A stretch of DNA of 64,000 nt from Octopus vulgaris (GCA_951406725.2 OX597826.1:48856001-48920000); one strand, 5' to 3'. Shown: positions 13,626 to 29,379, counted from the stretch's first letter. A program made the numbers and translations. The notes: generated by a model from the sequence alone, not told the origin.

Positions 13626-14167
13626 AGGAGGGCGGCAATAGGCATTAATTGCGTTCTGTTGGTCTTAGAGTAGAATTCCTCTTGAGCTATGAGTCAGTTG
13701 TGTTAATCATGGATACACAATAGTTGGTTCCCTCTACCCCCCACCCCACCCCCACCGCTCTCTCTCTCTCTTTCTCACTCTCTCTCTCTCTCCCTTTCCT
13801 CTTTCTCTTTTTTTTTTTCCTATCTATCTCAATCCTCTTCTGTCCCTTCTCTCACACTCTCACACTCTCTCTCTCTTTCTCTTTCTTCCTTGTCCCAATG
13901 TGTTAATCATGAACATACAATAGGTCTTTCTTTTCTCCCTCTCATCTCTCTCTCTCTCTCAATCTCTCTCCCATTCTCTCTCTCTCTCTCTCTCTCATTC
14001 CCCCACGTCTTTTTCCTCTCTCAATCCTCCATCCTCTTTTCTCATACTCTCTCTTTCTCTCTCTCTCTCTCTCTCATGCTCTTCTTCCTTGTCCCAATGT
14101 GTTAATCACGAATGTACAATAAGTCTCTCCTCTCCCTCTCTTCTTCCTTTCTCTCCCCCTCTCCTTC

Positions 14168-14199
<32 letters not shown>

Positions 14200-14839
14200 C
14201 TGCTAGTCCCAATGCATAGGAATGTCGTGTCGGTATTGATCCTGCTCTCAGATAATACTCTCACTGATGAGTCAATTAAATCTCATTGTATTCTTCTGGC
14301 CTACCTTTCTATATTAAGCAGGCACACACCACATATTCCATGAACAAAATTATGATGGCCATTCTTTAACAATCAATTCTCCACACAGCTCTGGGATGAC
14401 AAAGAATGCCTTTGGTCGGCCTATTGTAGCTGACATTGGGAAAAGTGAAAAATTAGCCTTGGTTCGTTGTTAGTGCATCGGTTAGTATTGTTTGTGGCGT
14501 ACGTCTGTGTCTGTCGCTGTCTCTCTTTCTCTGTCTGTCTGTGTTCAGTGCTTCAGTGTCTTTAGCTCTACCATCTCTGAATGCGTGTGTTTGTGAGTGT
14601 ATGTGTGTGTGTGTGTGTGTGTTTGTGTGTGTTTGTGTTAGTGTGTGTAAGTGTGTGCAAGTAAGTGTGTGTGTTTGTATGGATAGGTATATGTATATGT
14701 GTGTGCGTGCATATATTATATATATATACATATGCACACACACATATACACACATATATACATACACATATATACATGTAAATATATATATATAGTCATG
14801 TACGTTTGTATGTATATATATATATACACACACTTACAC

Positions 14840-14888
<49 letters not shown>

Positions 14889-14945
14889 TATATATTTATA
14901 TATTTATATATGTTTATGTTCACATATATGTGATGTGTGTTTATA

Positions 14946-14994
<49 letters not shown>

Positions 14995-15259
14995 ATATAT
15001 ATGTGTGTGCGTGTGTGTATGTGTGTGTATATATATGTATGCATGTGTGTATAAGTACATGTGTATGTGTATAAGTGTGCATGTCATTGTGCCATTGTGT
15101 GGATACCATTGTGTCCATATGTGTGAGGGTGTGTGTCTGTGTGTATGGTGTGTGCTGTGACTGAATGAATACATACAGGGTAAATGTCCTTTACTTTTTT
15201 TTCTTCTCTTCTTTCCTCTCCACCTTTTAGTTCCTCTCATCAATATCTACTTTTCACTT

Positions 15260-15480
15260 AGTTTCTCAACAAGCAATGAGAGAGAGAAATTATCGCTGAT
15301 TTCAGGGGGGAAACTGCTAAACGCATCATCACACTGTCACAGCATTCGTTCATCCACCCTGCTTTCCTGGCGCCCGCCCGCCCAGCCCTAAACCGCACTA
15401 GTTGACGTTTCTGTTTCTTCAGCCGAGAGGTCTTGTAAGCACGGTGTGGTGGACAACTAGGGAGGAGAGGGTTAGGAAAA
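15260..15480. promoter_or_regulatory. Candidate promoter: CpG-enriched patch with GC boxes
   Basis: ggcgcccgcccgcccagccc and several CpGs in otherwise CpG-poor DNA, inside a TE-free island. Confidence 0.35.
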
Positions 15481-15881
15481 CAGATGAAGGATTGTGAAAG
15501 GAGGAGGGAAAGAAAAACTAAAACAAACAAACAAAAAAAAAGACAAGAAAAAGAGGAAGAGTGAGGGTTGGGGTGTGTGGTGGTGGGGGAAGAAGAGGCG
15601 AAGGAAAAAGGAAAAGGAAAAGGAGAGTCAACACACTGAAGGAGACACAAATAAAGATATGCACACATGCACATGTGTACATTGACACACATGCTTGCAC
15701 ACATACACTGATATGCACGCATGCACACTCGTACGTATGTGCATATTGACATACACACTCTCACACACACACACACACACGCAGACACGTGTGCAAAGAG
15801 GGGCTGGAGAATGACAACAACAATAGCAATACAACAACGCTAATAGTCATAACAAGAACAATAACAACAACAACAGAAATC

Positions 15882-15914
<33 letters not shown>

Positions 15915-15957
15915 TCTAATTATCATAATAATTATTACTGTTTAAAAATAAACTGTT

Positions 15958-16067
<110 letters not shown>

Positions 16068-17259
16068 GGATGATGGAGCTGATGATAATAATAATTATAA
16101 TTATAACTAATTGCTATAGCAATTTTAAATTGAAACAAAAATGATGAGAGGGTAAAGAGGGGGAAAATAAACAACAATAACAAGAGCAGTAGCAGCAGCA
16201 GCAGCAGCAACAATACAACAGCAACAATAACAATAACAACAGCAACAATAACAATGTAAGGATAACAGTAAAGGCATCAGTCTGCAAAAGTGTGCACATT
16301 CTTTCAGTCGTAGAATTCGTTTTAAAAGCACATGGATTGACCGAGAGAGAGGAATTCTTTCTCAACTGGTTCTACCTTACCAAAAAATTTTGTCTTCTCT
16401 TTCTTCAACATACATCTTTTAATTTCTTTTTATTGGTACTTACCAATTTCTGCTTTTATATATATATATATATATATAAAAGACCTGAAACGAAATACTA
16501 TAAAAGACATACAACATAAATTAAGGAGAATTTAAAAGAAGAAAAGAGTGCTAACCGCGAAAGGAAATTTACATTCGTTAAGCACCACAAAACAAAACAA
16601 AAAAAAATAGACCCAAATTATTTGAAAAACTGAATGGTGATAGCATTAACTTTGTTTATTTGTTGTTTGTTGTTGTTGTTGACTGTTTGTGTTTGCTTCA
16701 TTTTTGGCGTGTTTTACTATTTTTTTTTTTAAATGTATATTAATTATTATTGTTGTGTTTTCAATTTTTGAAAGTATTATTCTCCACCACCACCACCACC
16801 ACCACCACCACCAACAACAACAACAACTTATCTATTAGTCAATCACATCAAAGGGAAAACAAAACACATTGATCAGCAAACACCCAAACAACCAAACAAC
16901 AATACATACTTTCATCTTTCAAATCTATATTGTAGTTGTTGTTGTTCTTGTTTGTTTGATTCTTCTTCTTCTTCTTCTTCTTCTTCTTCTTCTTCTTCTT
17001 CTTCTTCTTCTTCTTCTTCTTCTTCTTCTTCTTCTTCTTCTTCTTCTTCTTCTTCTTCGTCTTCTTCTTTTTCTTGTGGTTTAAATTTCTTAAATTGTGA
17101 GTGTAGAGATTTTTCTAAAAATATTAAATATTTTAATATTTATTTACTACTTTTTCATTGATTGCATATACATACATACATACATACATATATATATATG
17201 TATGTATATATATATATATTTGTGTATATACATAAATCTACATACATACATATATATAT

Positions 17260-17294
<35 letters not shown>

Positions 17295-17341
17295 CACATA
17301 TGTATATATACGTATACAGATATATATACATACATATATAC

Positions 17342-17402
<61 letters not shown>

Positions 17403-17959
17403 CACATATATATACATACATGTATGTATGTATGTATACTTTTTACTAATTTTAATGCCAGAAGTTACAAACTGTTATGCACAAAACTCTCGATTCTTGA
17501 TTTAGTTTGTAATCCCTACCTCTTACAAAACAATAACGACTAATATATATGCATATATATATGTATGTGTTTGTATTTGTGTGTGTGTGTGTGTGTGTGT
17601 GTGCACGTGTGTGTATGTGTGTGTGTGTGTGTGTGCTTGCGCATCATCATACACCACCACCACCACCACCACCACCACAACTACATATTTTACACATGTT
17701 TACACCAACAACCAAACAATAATAATACAGTCTTTTGAATTTTCTCTGTTGTCTGTATCTGTTTTGTTTTCGGTGAGATTTCGTCTTCTTCATATACTTT
17801 TATTTTGATACTCATGTTTTTACCGTATCAGCAGTTAGTTACCTGATCAAACTCACGCTAACTTTTTTTCTGAATCTTTTTTTTTTTTACCTGCTCCGAT
17901 GATGATGCAATGCAAGAGAAATAAAGCACCTTTAACTTTAAGTAACAATTAACACATAG

Positions 17960-17990
17960 ATTATCATTATCATCATCATCATTATTATTG

Positions 17991-18021
<31 letters not shown>

Positions 18022-18059
18022 CATCATCATTATCATCATCATCATCATCAATATTATTG

Positions 18060-18090
<31 letters not shown>

Positions 18091-18170
18091 CATCATTATC
18101 ATCATCATCATCATCATCATTATTGTCATTATTATTATTATTATCATTATCATCATTATCATTATTATTG

Positions 18171-18220
<50 letters not shown>

Positions 18221-18318
18221 ATCATTATTATTATTATCATTATCATCATCATCATTATCATCATCATCATCATCATCATCATCATTATCATCATCATCAT
18301 TATTGTCATTATTATTAA

Positions 18319-18364
<46 letters not shown>

Positions 18365-18380
18365 GTTATTATCATTGTTT
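17960..18380. repeat. Compound (ATT)/(ATC) microsatellite
   Basis: Direct inspection. Confidence 0.95.
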
Positions 18381-18389
18381 TTATTACTG

Positions 18390-18605
18390 AGGCAGCAAGC
18401 TGGCAGAATCGTTAGCACACTAGGCAAAATGCTTTGCGGCATTTTGTCTCTCTTTATGTTCCGAGTTCAAATTCTGCTGAGGTCAGCTTTGCCTTCCATC
18501 TTTTCGGGGTCGATGAATTAAGTACCAGTGAAGTACTGGGGTTGATGTGATCAACTTTCCCCCATCCCCCAAAATTTCAGGCCTTATGCTTAATGTAGTG
18601 AAGAT
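18390..18605 (+). mobile_element. Meta-type SINE
   Basis: ggcagcaagctggcagaatcgttagc..gagttcaaattc..tcggggtcgatgaattaagtaccag. Confidence 0.9.
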
Positions 18606-18625
18606 TATTATTATTATTATTATTA

Positions 18626-18680
<55 letters not shown>

Positions 18681-19027
18681 CATTATTACTATTGTTGTTG
18701 TTGTTGTATTATAATCGCTACTATTATTGTTGTAGTCGTTGCTGATATTGTGCAAGAAACAGTTGTTATTATGCTTGTTGTTGTTATTGTTGTTGTTGTC
18801 AATATACCTGTCACACAATATTCTAACCATCAATGCTTGATAAAATAAAATAAAGTACCAGTCACATACTATAGGGGAAGGGTTGATGTAACTGGCTTTC
18901 CTTCTCCTCAAGATTTGTGGCCTGGTGCCTATGTTATAAATAATCATCATCATCATCATTATTATTGTCATCGTTTTCATCAGTGTTGCTGTCATCAGTT
19001 ACTGTTGTTATTTATATTTTCATTATA

Positions 19028-19077
<50 letters not shown>

Positions 19078-19174
19078 CATTATTATTATTGTTATCATTA
19101 TTATTATTGTTATCATTATTATTATTATCATCATCATTATTATCATCATCATCATCATCATTATTATTATTATT

Positions 19175-19730
19175 GAGTGAGAGAGCAGTGCATGCCATCA
19201 AAGTGACACTGGGGTAAAATATACGAAGCCCAATATACCCATCATGACTACCCGTCTGATAAGGGTACACCAGGCACATGCATCACAACCATATGTGCGC
19301 GACATGGTGATCTCATATCAAGATAAACAGCGCATGACCTTGCAGGTGGGGCCCAGTTAGAATTTTCTTCAGGTTGAGTAGCCAATCCCGCTCAAAAGGT
19401 CCCTGAATAATGGTTGTTTAAGGATATTGAAAGAACCACCCATGTTTCCAGAGGTGAATTATTCAAACCCCAAAGAATCCCTCTCAACACATGGCTATGA
19501 TACTCCCCCACTACTTCTGCTCGTGATCAGAGATGCACATATCATCAGCCACTAAGGGACATGCTCAACTGGTTAAGGTCAAACAACTGACAAGCAAATC
19601 TGTGGCATTGAGCAGAATATTTTGGTAGCCCATCTTTTATACCAAGACAAAAACAATGTACATGATAACACTTCCAATCGGTTAAGATCAGAAGCCATGA
19701 GAACCATTGTCTGGTACTGCATCAGGGCAT
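19175..19730 (-). mobile_element. ~555-bp non-coding retroelement in (TAA)n, full length
   Basis: Homologous to 25210-25766, 48545-48855 and 32178-32422; ends ctctcactc(AAT)n on its sense strand. Confidence 0.85.
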
Positions 19731-20372
19731 TATTGTTATTATTAAAATTATTATTATTATTATTATTATTATCAAGGTGGTGGTTCAAATTTTGCTGAGG
19801 TTGACTTTGCCTTCCATTCATTTGAGGTTGATAAATTAAGTACCAGTGAAATACTGGGGTTCATGAAATTGACTTGTCCCCTTCCCCTAAAATTTCAGGC
19901 CTTGTGCTTATAGTAGACAGGATTATTATTATTATTATTATTATTAATTGTTTTAGAGGTTGTATGGTGGATGAGATTGAAGGGGCTGAAGACAAACACT
20001 TTTCTCTTTGGCCAATCCCTGATGAACTTCTTCAAGTTTCATTTGAAAAGAAAAATAAGGGTAGAGAGGGAAGAGTAGTCTTCAAGTCATTTTGCTGATT
20101 TTGCTGAAAGGTGAATGAAAGTGGCAAGAATGATGCGAGTGAATGGAAAAAAGAAAAAAAAGGCACCTGCCCCAAAAGTCAGAGTACCCATGGTTTTTTT
20201 ATGGGATTTTTCCATGAGCAGCCCTCGACTGTCTCCTCCCTATTGAGGATCACACATTGTTGATTTTTAAAAATTTTGTTTGTGCAAAACCCTTACAACA
20301 TACACTCACACACATACACACACATTCTTTGTTTTGACCTATGCAGTCCATAATGTTTTTCTTATGCTCTCC

Positions 20373-20414
<42 letters not shown>

Positions 20415-20418
20415 CATT

Positions 20419-20458
<40 letters not shown>

Positions 20459-20464
20459 TTGTTG

Positions 20465-20638
20465 CAGTATTTTGCCTTTCACAACATTCTGAGTTCAAAT
20501 TCTGCTGAGGTCAACTTTGCCTTTCATCCTTTCAAGATCGATTAAATAAGTACCAGTTACCCACTAGAGTTGATATAATCGACTTAATCTTTCCCCCAAG
20601 TTGCCCTTCAGGCAAAAAATTTGAAATCATCATTATTG

Positions 20639-20696
<58 letters not shown>

Positions 20697-20905
20697 GAAG
20701 GCAGTGAGCAGGCAGAATCGTTAGCATGCCAAGCGAAATACTTAGTAGTATTTCACCTGTCGAAATGTTCTGAGTTCAAATTCTGCTGAGTTCTACTTTG
20801 CCTTTCATCCTTTCGGAGTTGATAGAATAAGTACCAGTTATACACTGGGGTCGATGTAATCAACTCATCGCCTCCCCCAAAATTGCTGCTCTTGTGGCAA
20901 AATTT
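20465..20905 (+). mobile_element. Two Meta-type SINEs separated by (TTA)n
   Basis: Family motifs. Confidence 0.85.
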
Positions 20906-20940
20906 ATTATTAATATTATTATTATCATTATTATTATTAA

Positions 20941-20974
<34 letters not shown>

Positions 20975-21198
20975 GCTATTATTATTATTTTCATTATTAT
21001 TATTATTATTGTCATCGTGTTTTCATCACTTACCTGCATGGACATGCACTGGATGTGTATGCATAGTTGTATGTTCTGTAGAGTGTAAGTAGTGTTTTAG
21101 TGCGTGCATGTGTGTGTGTGTGTGTGTGTGTGTACATGTGAGTGTGCATGTGCATGCATTCCTACATGTGTCTTCAACACATGTGTCTGTGTGTGGTT

Positions 21199-21238
<40 letters not shown>

Positions 21239-21639
21239 TGATGCTGCATTTTTTAAACCACAGGTCAGCCCTTATCAAGAAGACTTATGATCAAAAGCAT
21301 CCATTCCAATGGTGACCATCCCATTCTTTTACATATATGTACGGCTACATTATCTAATGTATCCTCTTCCATACTGTATAGTAGGGAATGAAATTTGAGA
21401 GAGATTTGGTTTCTATTTCTAGTTGAGCAAAAGAAGAAAATCACACATGCGGGCTCCCTCATTCCTTTTATTGAATTCACTTTTTATTATTTCATTTGTC
21501 TCTTGTTTTTATATGCATTGTGTATCTGGAGAAGCAGTTGTTTGACCCAAGATCAGCTCTGATTAAACATACTGAGGGATGGGGTGTTGTGCTATGTAAA
21601 CTTTTCAGTTGTGCTATAAAATCATCAAGTCATAGCATC

Positions 21640-21888
21640 ATCTCTCTCTCTTTACTCTTTTACTCTTTTACTCTTTTACTTGTTTCAGTCATATGACTGT
21701 GGCCATGCTGGAGCACCACCCTTAGTCGCGCAAATCGACCCCAGGACGTATTCTTTGTAAGCCTAGTACTTATTCTATCGGCCTGTTTTGCCGAACCGCT
21801 AAGTTACGGGGTCGCAAACACACCAGCATCGGTTGTCAAGTGATGTTGGGGAGAACAAACACAGATACACAAACATGTACACACACAC

Positions 21889-21919
<31 letters not shown>

Positions 21920-22085
21920 TACATATATACGATTCTTTCAGTTTCCGTCTACCAAATTCACTCACATGGCTTTGGTCGACCCGAGGCTATAGTAGAAGAC
22001 ACTTACTCAAGGTGCCACACAGTTGGACTGAACCCGGAACCAAGTGGTTCGTAAGCAAGCTACTTACCACACAGCCACTCCTACG
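21640..22085 (-). mobile_element. CORE-like SINE, full length
   Basis: Family match; (ctctttta)n tail. Confidence 0.9.
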
Positions 22086-22122
22086 TCATCATCATCATTT
22101 TTATTATTATTATTATTATTCT

Positions 22123-22330
22123 AAAGTGGTGAGCTGGTAGAATCGTTGGCACACTGGACAAAATACTGTTGCTACATTCTGAGTTCAAATCATCTGTTGC
22201 TACATTCTGAGTTCAAATTTCATCAAGGTCATCTTTGCTTTTATACTTTTGGGGATGATAAAATAAGTACCGGTCAATACTGAGGTCAATGTGATCAGTT
22301 ATTCCAGGTCTTTTGTCTATAGTAGAAAGG
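22123..22330 (+). mobile_element. Meta-type SINE with a short internal duplication
   Basis: ctgttgctacattctgagttcaaat occurs twice. Confidence 0.85.
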
Positions 22331-22347
22331 ATTATTATTATCATTAT

Positions 22348-22705
22348 TCTATGTTTGACTTTTGCTTTACATTTGCACAAGCTGGCTCCAAGTCTCACCC
22401 AGAGACTTCAAGAGACAACAAGTTGGAAGTTCATGTTGGTGTTATACCTATTGCCATATATTTGGTTTTATACTTAGTGTTGTATGTCTAAAAAACCATA
22501 CGAAAATTATGTTTGTTTTAAAACTTGAGATAACATAGAAAGTATTTTGCGTAGGTTATGAGCAGTTCCTATGAGCACTATCTTTTGAATTTCTGCCATT
22601 TTGGGTTTCCTGGTATCTGAGTTAGGTAGCAGTTTTGCTATCATTCCCAGGGCACCTGATGACAACAGGTATTGTTTTAGTCTTCAGGTTCCACATTTTG
22701 CTGAT
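22348..22705 (-). mobile_element. Dong family 4, 3' end (copy 1)
   Basis: KMWNLKTKTIPVVIRCPG..PKMAEIQKIVLIGTAHNLRKILSM + 3'UTR. Confidence 0.85.
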
Positions 22706-22776
22706 CAGTTATCCCCCTCCCCTCAAATTCCAGGTCTTTTGTCTATAGTAGAAAGGATTGTACTATTATTATTATT

Positions 22777-23383
<607 letters not shown>

Positions 23384-23389
23384 TTATTA

Positions 23390-24632
<1,243 letters not shown>

Positions 24633-24823
24633 CAGTCCAATGGTGGTTATTTTATAATAGTTTTCCTGCTGTATAAGGCCTCTACCACCTTCTATACATT
24701 GTATATATAGCCTTTCTATGTCAGATTTTGGGTGGTGCATCCTAGATCCTGTCATTTACCATCCTCATCATTACCATCATCATCATCATCATCATCATTA
24801 TTATTATTATTATTATTATTATT

Positions 24824-24940
24824 CAGTAGTTTTATTTTTATAGCGTGCTTTCACTTCACTACCGAGCGCAGCTCTGTGTGCCTTAGGTATGTGCTGTGAT
24901 TTGTTGTGATGCTCTGATGGTTATTGTATGGAAAGTGTTC

Positions 24941-24942
<2 letters not shown>
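24824..24942 (-). mobile_element. Dong family 1 3'UTR, severely 5'-truncated, in (TTA)n
   Basis: Near-identical to 7491-7608. Confidence 0.9.
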
Positions 24943-24997
<55 letters not shown>

Positions 24998-25209
24998 CAT
25001 TAGCATGGTGAGTGAAATGCTTAATGGCATTTCATTTGTCTTTACGTTCTGAGTTCAAATCCCGCCAGGATCAACTTTGCTTTTCATCCCTTCAGGATCG
25101 ATAAAATAAGTACCAGTCAGGAACTGGTGTTGATGGAATCAACTAGCCCCCCCTCCCCTAAAAAATGTCAGGCCTTGTGCCAATAGTAAAAAGGATTATA
25201 ATTATTATT

Positions 25210-25766
25210 GAATGAGAGAGCAGTGTGTGCCATCAAAGTGATACTGGAGTAAAATATACAAAACCCAGTATGCCCATCACAACTACCCATCTAGCAAGGG
25301 TACACCAGGAACATACATCACAAACATATGTGTGCAACATGGTGATCTCATATCAATATAAACAGCACATGACTTTGCAGGTGGGGCCCAGTTAAAATTT
25401 TCTTCTGGCCGAGTAGCCCATCCTGCTCAAAAGGTCCCCTGAATAAGGGTTGTTTAAGGAAGTTGAACGAAACACCCATGTTTCCAGAGGAGAATTATTC
25501 AATCCCCAAAGAATTCCTTTCAACACATGACTATGATGCACCCCCACTACGTCTGCTTGTGATCAGAGATGCAGATATCATCAGCTACTATAGGACATGC
25601 TCAGCTGGTTACGGTCAAACAACTGACAAGCAGATCTGTGGTATTGAGCAGAATATTTGCTGTAGCCCACCTTTTATACCAATTCAAAACGATTTACATG
25701 ATAACACTTCCAATCAGTTAAGATCAGAAGCCATGAGAGCCACTGCCTGGTACTGCATCAGGACAT
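25210..25766 (-). mobile_element. ~555-bp (TAA)n-embedded non-coding retroelement, full length
   Basis: Same ends as 19175-19730. Confidence 0.85.
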
Positions 25767-25799
25767 TTATTATTATTATCATTATTATTAATATTATTG

Positions 25800-26205
25800 C
25801 TCTTTTATTCTTTTACTTGTTTTAGTCATTTGACTGTAGCTGTGCTGGAGCACCGCCTTTAGTCAAGCAAATTGACCCCAGGACCTATTCTTTGTAAGCC
25901 TAGTACTTATTCTATCGGTGTCTTTTGCTGAACCGCTAAGTTACCGGGACGTAAACACACCAGCATCGGTTGTCAAGCGATGTTGGAGGGGACAAACACA
26001 GACACACAAACATATACACACATGCATATATATATACATATATACGACGCTTCTTTCAGTTTCCGTCTACCAAATCCCCTCTCAAGGCTTTGGTCGGCCC
26101 GAGGCTATAGTAGCAGACACTTGTCCAAAGTGCCACGCAGTGAGACTGAACCCGGAACCATGTGGTTGTTTAGCAAGCTACTTACCACACAGCCACTCCC
26201 ATGTC
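25800..26205 (-). mobile_element. CORE-like SINE
   Basis: Family match. Confidence 0.9.
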
Positions 26206-26223
26206 TATTATTATTATTATTAC

Positions 26224-26267
<44 letters not shown>

Positions 26268-26268
<1 letters not shown>

Positions 26269-26572
26269 GGAGATGTACTTGCATAGCAAGTGATTTGATC
26301 TGAGATTGTGTGCTTGAATGAAAACAATTGCAGCGTGGAAGGTGTTTGTAAGCCATTTAAGAAACACACAAAAGCCGTTCGATTCACTTCAACATTTAAG
26401 TTTAATTTGTCAAAATATTTTCGTCGCTATAAGACCGGATTTTTGTCAGTGAACAGGTCGTGGTCTTATAGCGACGAAAATATTTTGACAAATTAAACTT
26501 AAATGGTGAAGGGAATCAAACGGCGTTTGTGTGTTTCTTAAATGGCTTACAAACACCTTCCTTGCTGCAATT
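26268..26572. mobile_element. Fold-back Penelope-pLTR-like element
   Basis: ~110-bp inverted arms (26327-26436 / 26462-26572); second copy at 44331-44624. Confidence 0.8.
26442..26492 (+). ncRNA. Minimal type-I hammerhead ribozyme motif, G3-C8 core variant
   Basis: tttgtca-GTGAACA-g-gtcgt[loop]gcgac-GAAA-atat-T-T-tgacaaa. Confidence 0.7.
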
Positions 26573-26583
26573 ATTATTATTAA

Positions 26584-26653
<70 letters not shown>

Positions 26654-26969
26654 ATTATTATTAATATTATTATTATTATTACCATCATTATTATTAATAT
26701 TATTATTATTATTACCATCATTATTATTAATATTATTATTATTATTATTAAACAGTGAACTGGTAGAATTGTTAGCCCACCAGGCATAATGCTTAGCAGC
26801 ATTTTGTCCATCTTGGTATTCTGAGCTTGGAGTCTATCATGGTTGACTTTAACTTTCATCCTGCCAGAGTTGATAAAAATAGGTACCAGTTGAGCAGAGT
26901 CGCTGATGGAATTGACAAGCCCCTCCCCTGAAACTGCGGGCCTCATACCAAAATTTCAAATCATTATTA

Positions 26970-27021
26970 TTATTAGTAGTAGTAGTAGTAGTAATAGTAG
27001 TAGCAGTAGCAGCAACAGCAA

Positions 27022-27057
<36 letters not shown>

Positions 27058-27067
27058 CAGCAGCAGC

Positions 27068-27145
<78 letters not shown>

Positions 27146-27167
27146 TGCAGCAGCAGCAGTAGTAGTG

Positions 27168-27198
<31 letters not shown>

Positions 27199-27270
27199 CA
27201 GCAGCAGTAGTAGTGGTGGTAGTAGTAGAAGTGGTAGTAGTGGTAGTAGCAGCCACAGCAGCAGCAGCAG

Positions 27271-27337
<67 letters not shown>
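26970..27337. repeat. (AGT)n/(AGC)n microsatellite
   Basis: Direct inspection. Confidence 0.95.
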
Positions 27338-27338
<1 letters not shown>

Positions 27339-27959
27339 TTTTATTGTGCACAACAAATCACTAATATTTACATTGTTGTATACGTTTCAGTCGTTTACCT
27401 TCTGAGTTCAAATCACTCAGCAATCAACTTCGCCTTTCAAGCCTCAGGGATGGGGAGTGGGGGGAGTGAATCGATGAATTAAAGTACCAATCAAGAATCA
27501 GCATCATCATCATCACCATCATCACCATCACCATCATTATCCTTTATTTATTTATTGCAATTAATGCCATTCATCAGATTAAGCCCTACTGCGATACTAC
27601 CCTCAAGATATAACATCCATCAATAATATTTGGCTGGTATTATCGTTTATCTACCTCAGAGGCATAAAAGGTCAAGTTGCCCTGGGTAGGTATTGAACTC
27701 AGAATCTAATGAGTCATAACCAAGTAACACAATGTGTTTCATCTCACTAAATTGCTACATATAGCTTTGTTATCCCATTGTAACCTCTGCAGCTTTAATC
27801 CCTAATTGATGGATTAACTTTATCTTTTAATTATGCCAGTGTAAATTAATACATCCCTCATGTAACGGGGTACAGATTCAATTAACCATATCCCTTCCTC
27901 ATCCTGTAATCTGGTGCCGAAGCAACAAATATTCAGTATCATTATTATTGTTGTTGTTG

Positions 27960-28356
27960 TTCTGGCAGAATTGTTAGCATGCTGGACAATATGTTCTGTG
28001 ATATTTCTTCCATCTTTATGTCCTGAGTTCAAAATCCATTGAGGTCAGTTTTTGCCTTTTCATCCTCTCAGGGTTGATAAGGTAAGTACCAGTCAAGTAC
28101 TGGTGTCAATGTAACTGATTTACTTCTCCCCTAAAATTTGCTGGCCTTGTGCCAAAGTTAGAAAGAATTCCGATTATTATCATTAAGGTGGTGAGGGTGG
28201 CAAGCTGGCAGTGGCATTTCATCTGTTTTCGTGTTCTGAGTTCAAATTCTGCAAAGTCGACTTTGCCTTTCATCCTTTTGGGTTCGATAAATTAAGTACC
28301 AGTTGCATACTGGGGTTGATCTAATTGGCTGGCCCACTCCCAGCAAAGTAGAAAGG

Positions 28357-28358
<2 letters not shown>
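27960..28358 (+). mobile_element. Two Meta-type SINEs
   Basis: Family motifs. Confidence 0.8.
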
Positions 28359-28397
<39 letters not shown>

Positions 28398-28425
28398 CAT
28401 TATTATCATTACTATTATTATTATT

Positions 28426-28459
<34 letters not shown>

Positions 28460-28496
28460 GCATCATCATCATTATTTTTATCATTATTATTATCAT

Positions 28497-28895
28497 TACT
28501 CTTTTTACTGGTTTCAGTCATTTGACTGTGGTCATGCTGGAGCACCGCCTTTAGTCGAGCAAATCAACCCCAGGACTTATTCTTTGAAAGCCTAGTACTT
28601 ATTCTATCGGCCTCATTTGCCAAACTGCTAAGTTACGGGGATGTAAACACACCAGCATAGGTTGTCAAGTGATGTTGTGGGGACAAACACAAACACATAA
28701 ACACACACACATACATATATATACAGATATATGATGGGCTTCTTTCAGTTTCCGTCTACCAAATCCACTCACAAGGCTTTGGTCAGCCCAGGCTATAGTA
28801 GAAGACACTTGCCCAAGGTGCCATACAGTGGAAATAAACCCAGAACCATGTGGTTGGTAAGTAAGCTACTTACCACACAGCCACTCCTGCTCCTA
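28497..28895 (-). mobile_element. CORE-like SINE
   Basis: Family match. Confidence 0.9.
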
Positions 28896-28909
28896 TTATT
28901 ATCAAAGAT

Positions 28910-29315
28910 GACTAGGTATGTAGATAGGTTCAGAAGAATGTGAAAGGGGAGGTGAGGATAGATGTGAATGAGGTGTATGGTGCACATAGATGGAGGTATG
29001 GACAATGGTGAATCTCAGTTTGGGAGAACATAACAAAAATAGGAATCGGTCAAGAAGGAGGAGATAATTGGTGGTCACATATAAAGGAAAGGGGATCAAT
29101 GGTAAGGCAAATCAGAAACGATATAGATCTGTGACTGATCATTACTTAAGTATTGCGGCATGAGTGAGTATTTAAAACAGAGTTAATGAAAATGGATATA
29201 TGGCTAGGGGGCATCAGAATGGGCTTTCAAGTTCTAATGACATTTAAAGACTGCAAGCCAATATCAGAACTGCTCTCAGTTGAAGGTGCTGAGGCAAAAG
29301 GTGCGAGATTAATAA
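28910..29315 (-). mobile_element. Decayed Penelope-like (PLE) RT C-terminal/linker fragment
   Basis: Degenerate resemblance to FLRLRRLCS..SDFELQS and LPFPL.YHP motifs; many stops. Confidence 0.4.
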
Positions 29316-29379
29316 TACAGGTCAAAAAGCTTTGATGCTATGTTAGTCATAGTAAGAATTGTATCAGAGTGGATTGGTC

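Noticed and set aside
13700-14130. Regularly spaced repeats as a CRISPR-like array
   Set aside because: Eukaryotic context, low-complexity ~170-bp spacers and no cas genes.
14260-14310. CTGATGAGTC possible hammerhead (similarly CTGATGA near 10655)
   Set aside because: There is no complementary stem II closing strand followed by GAAA.
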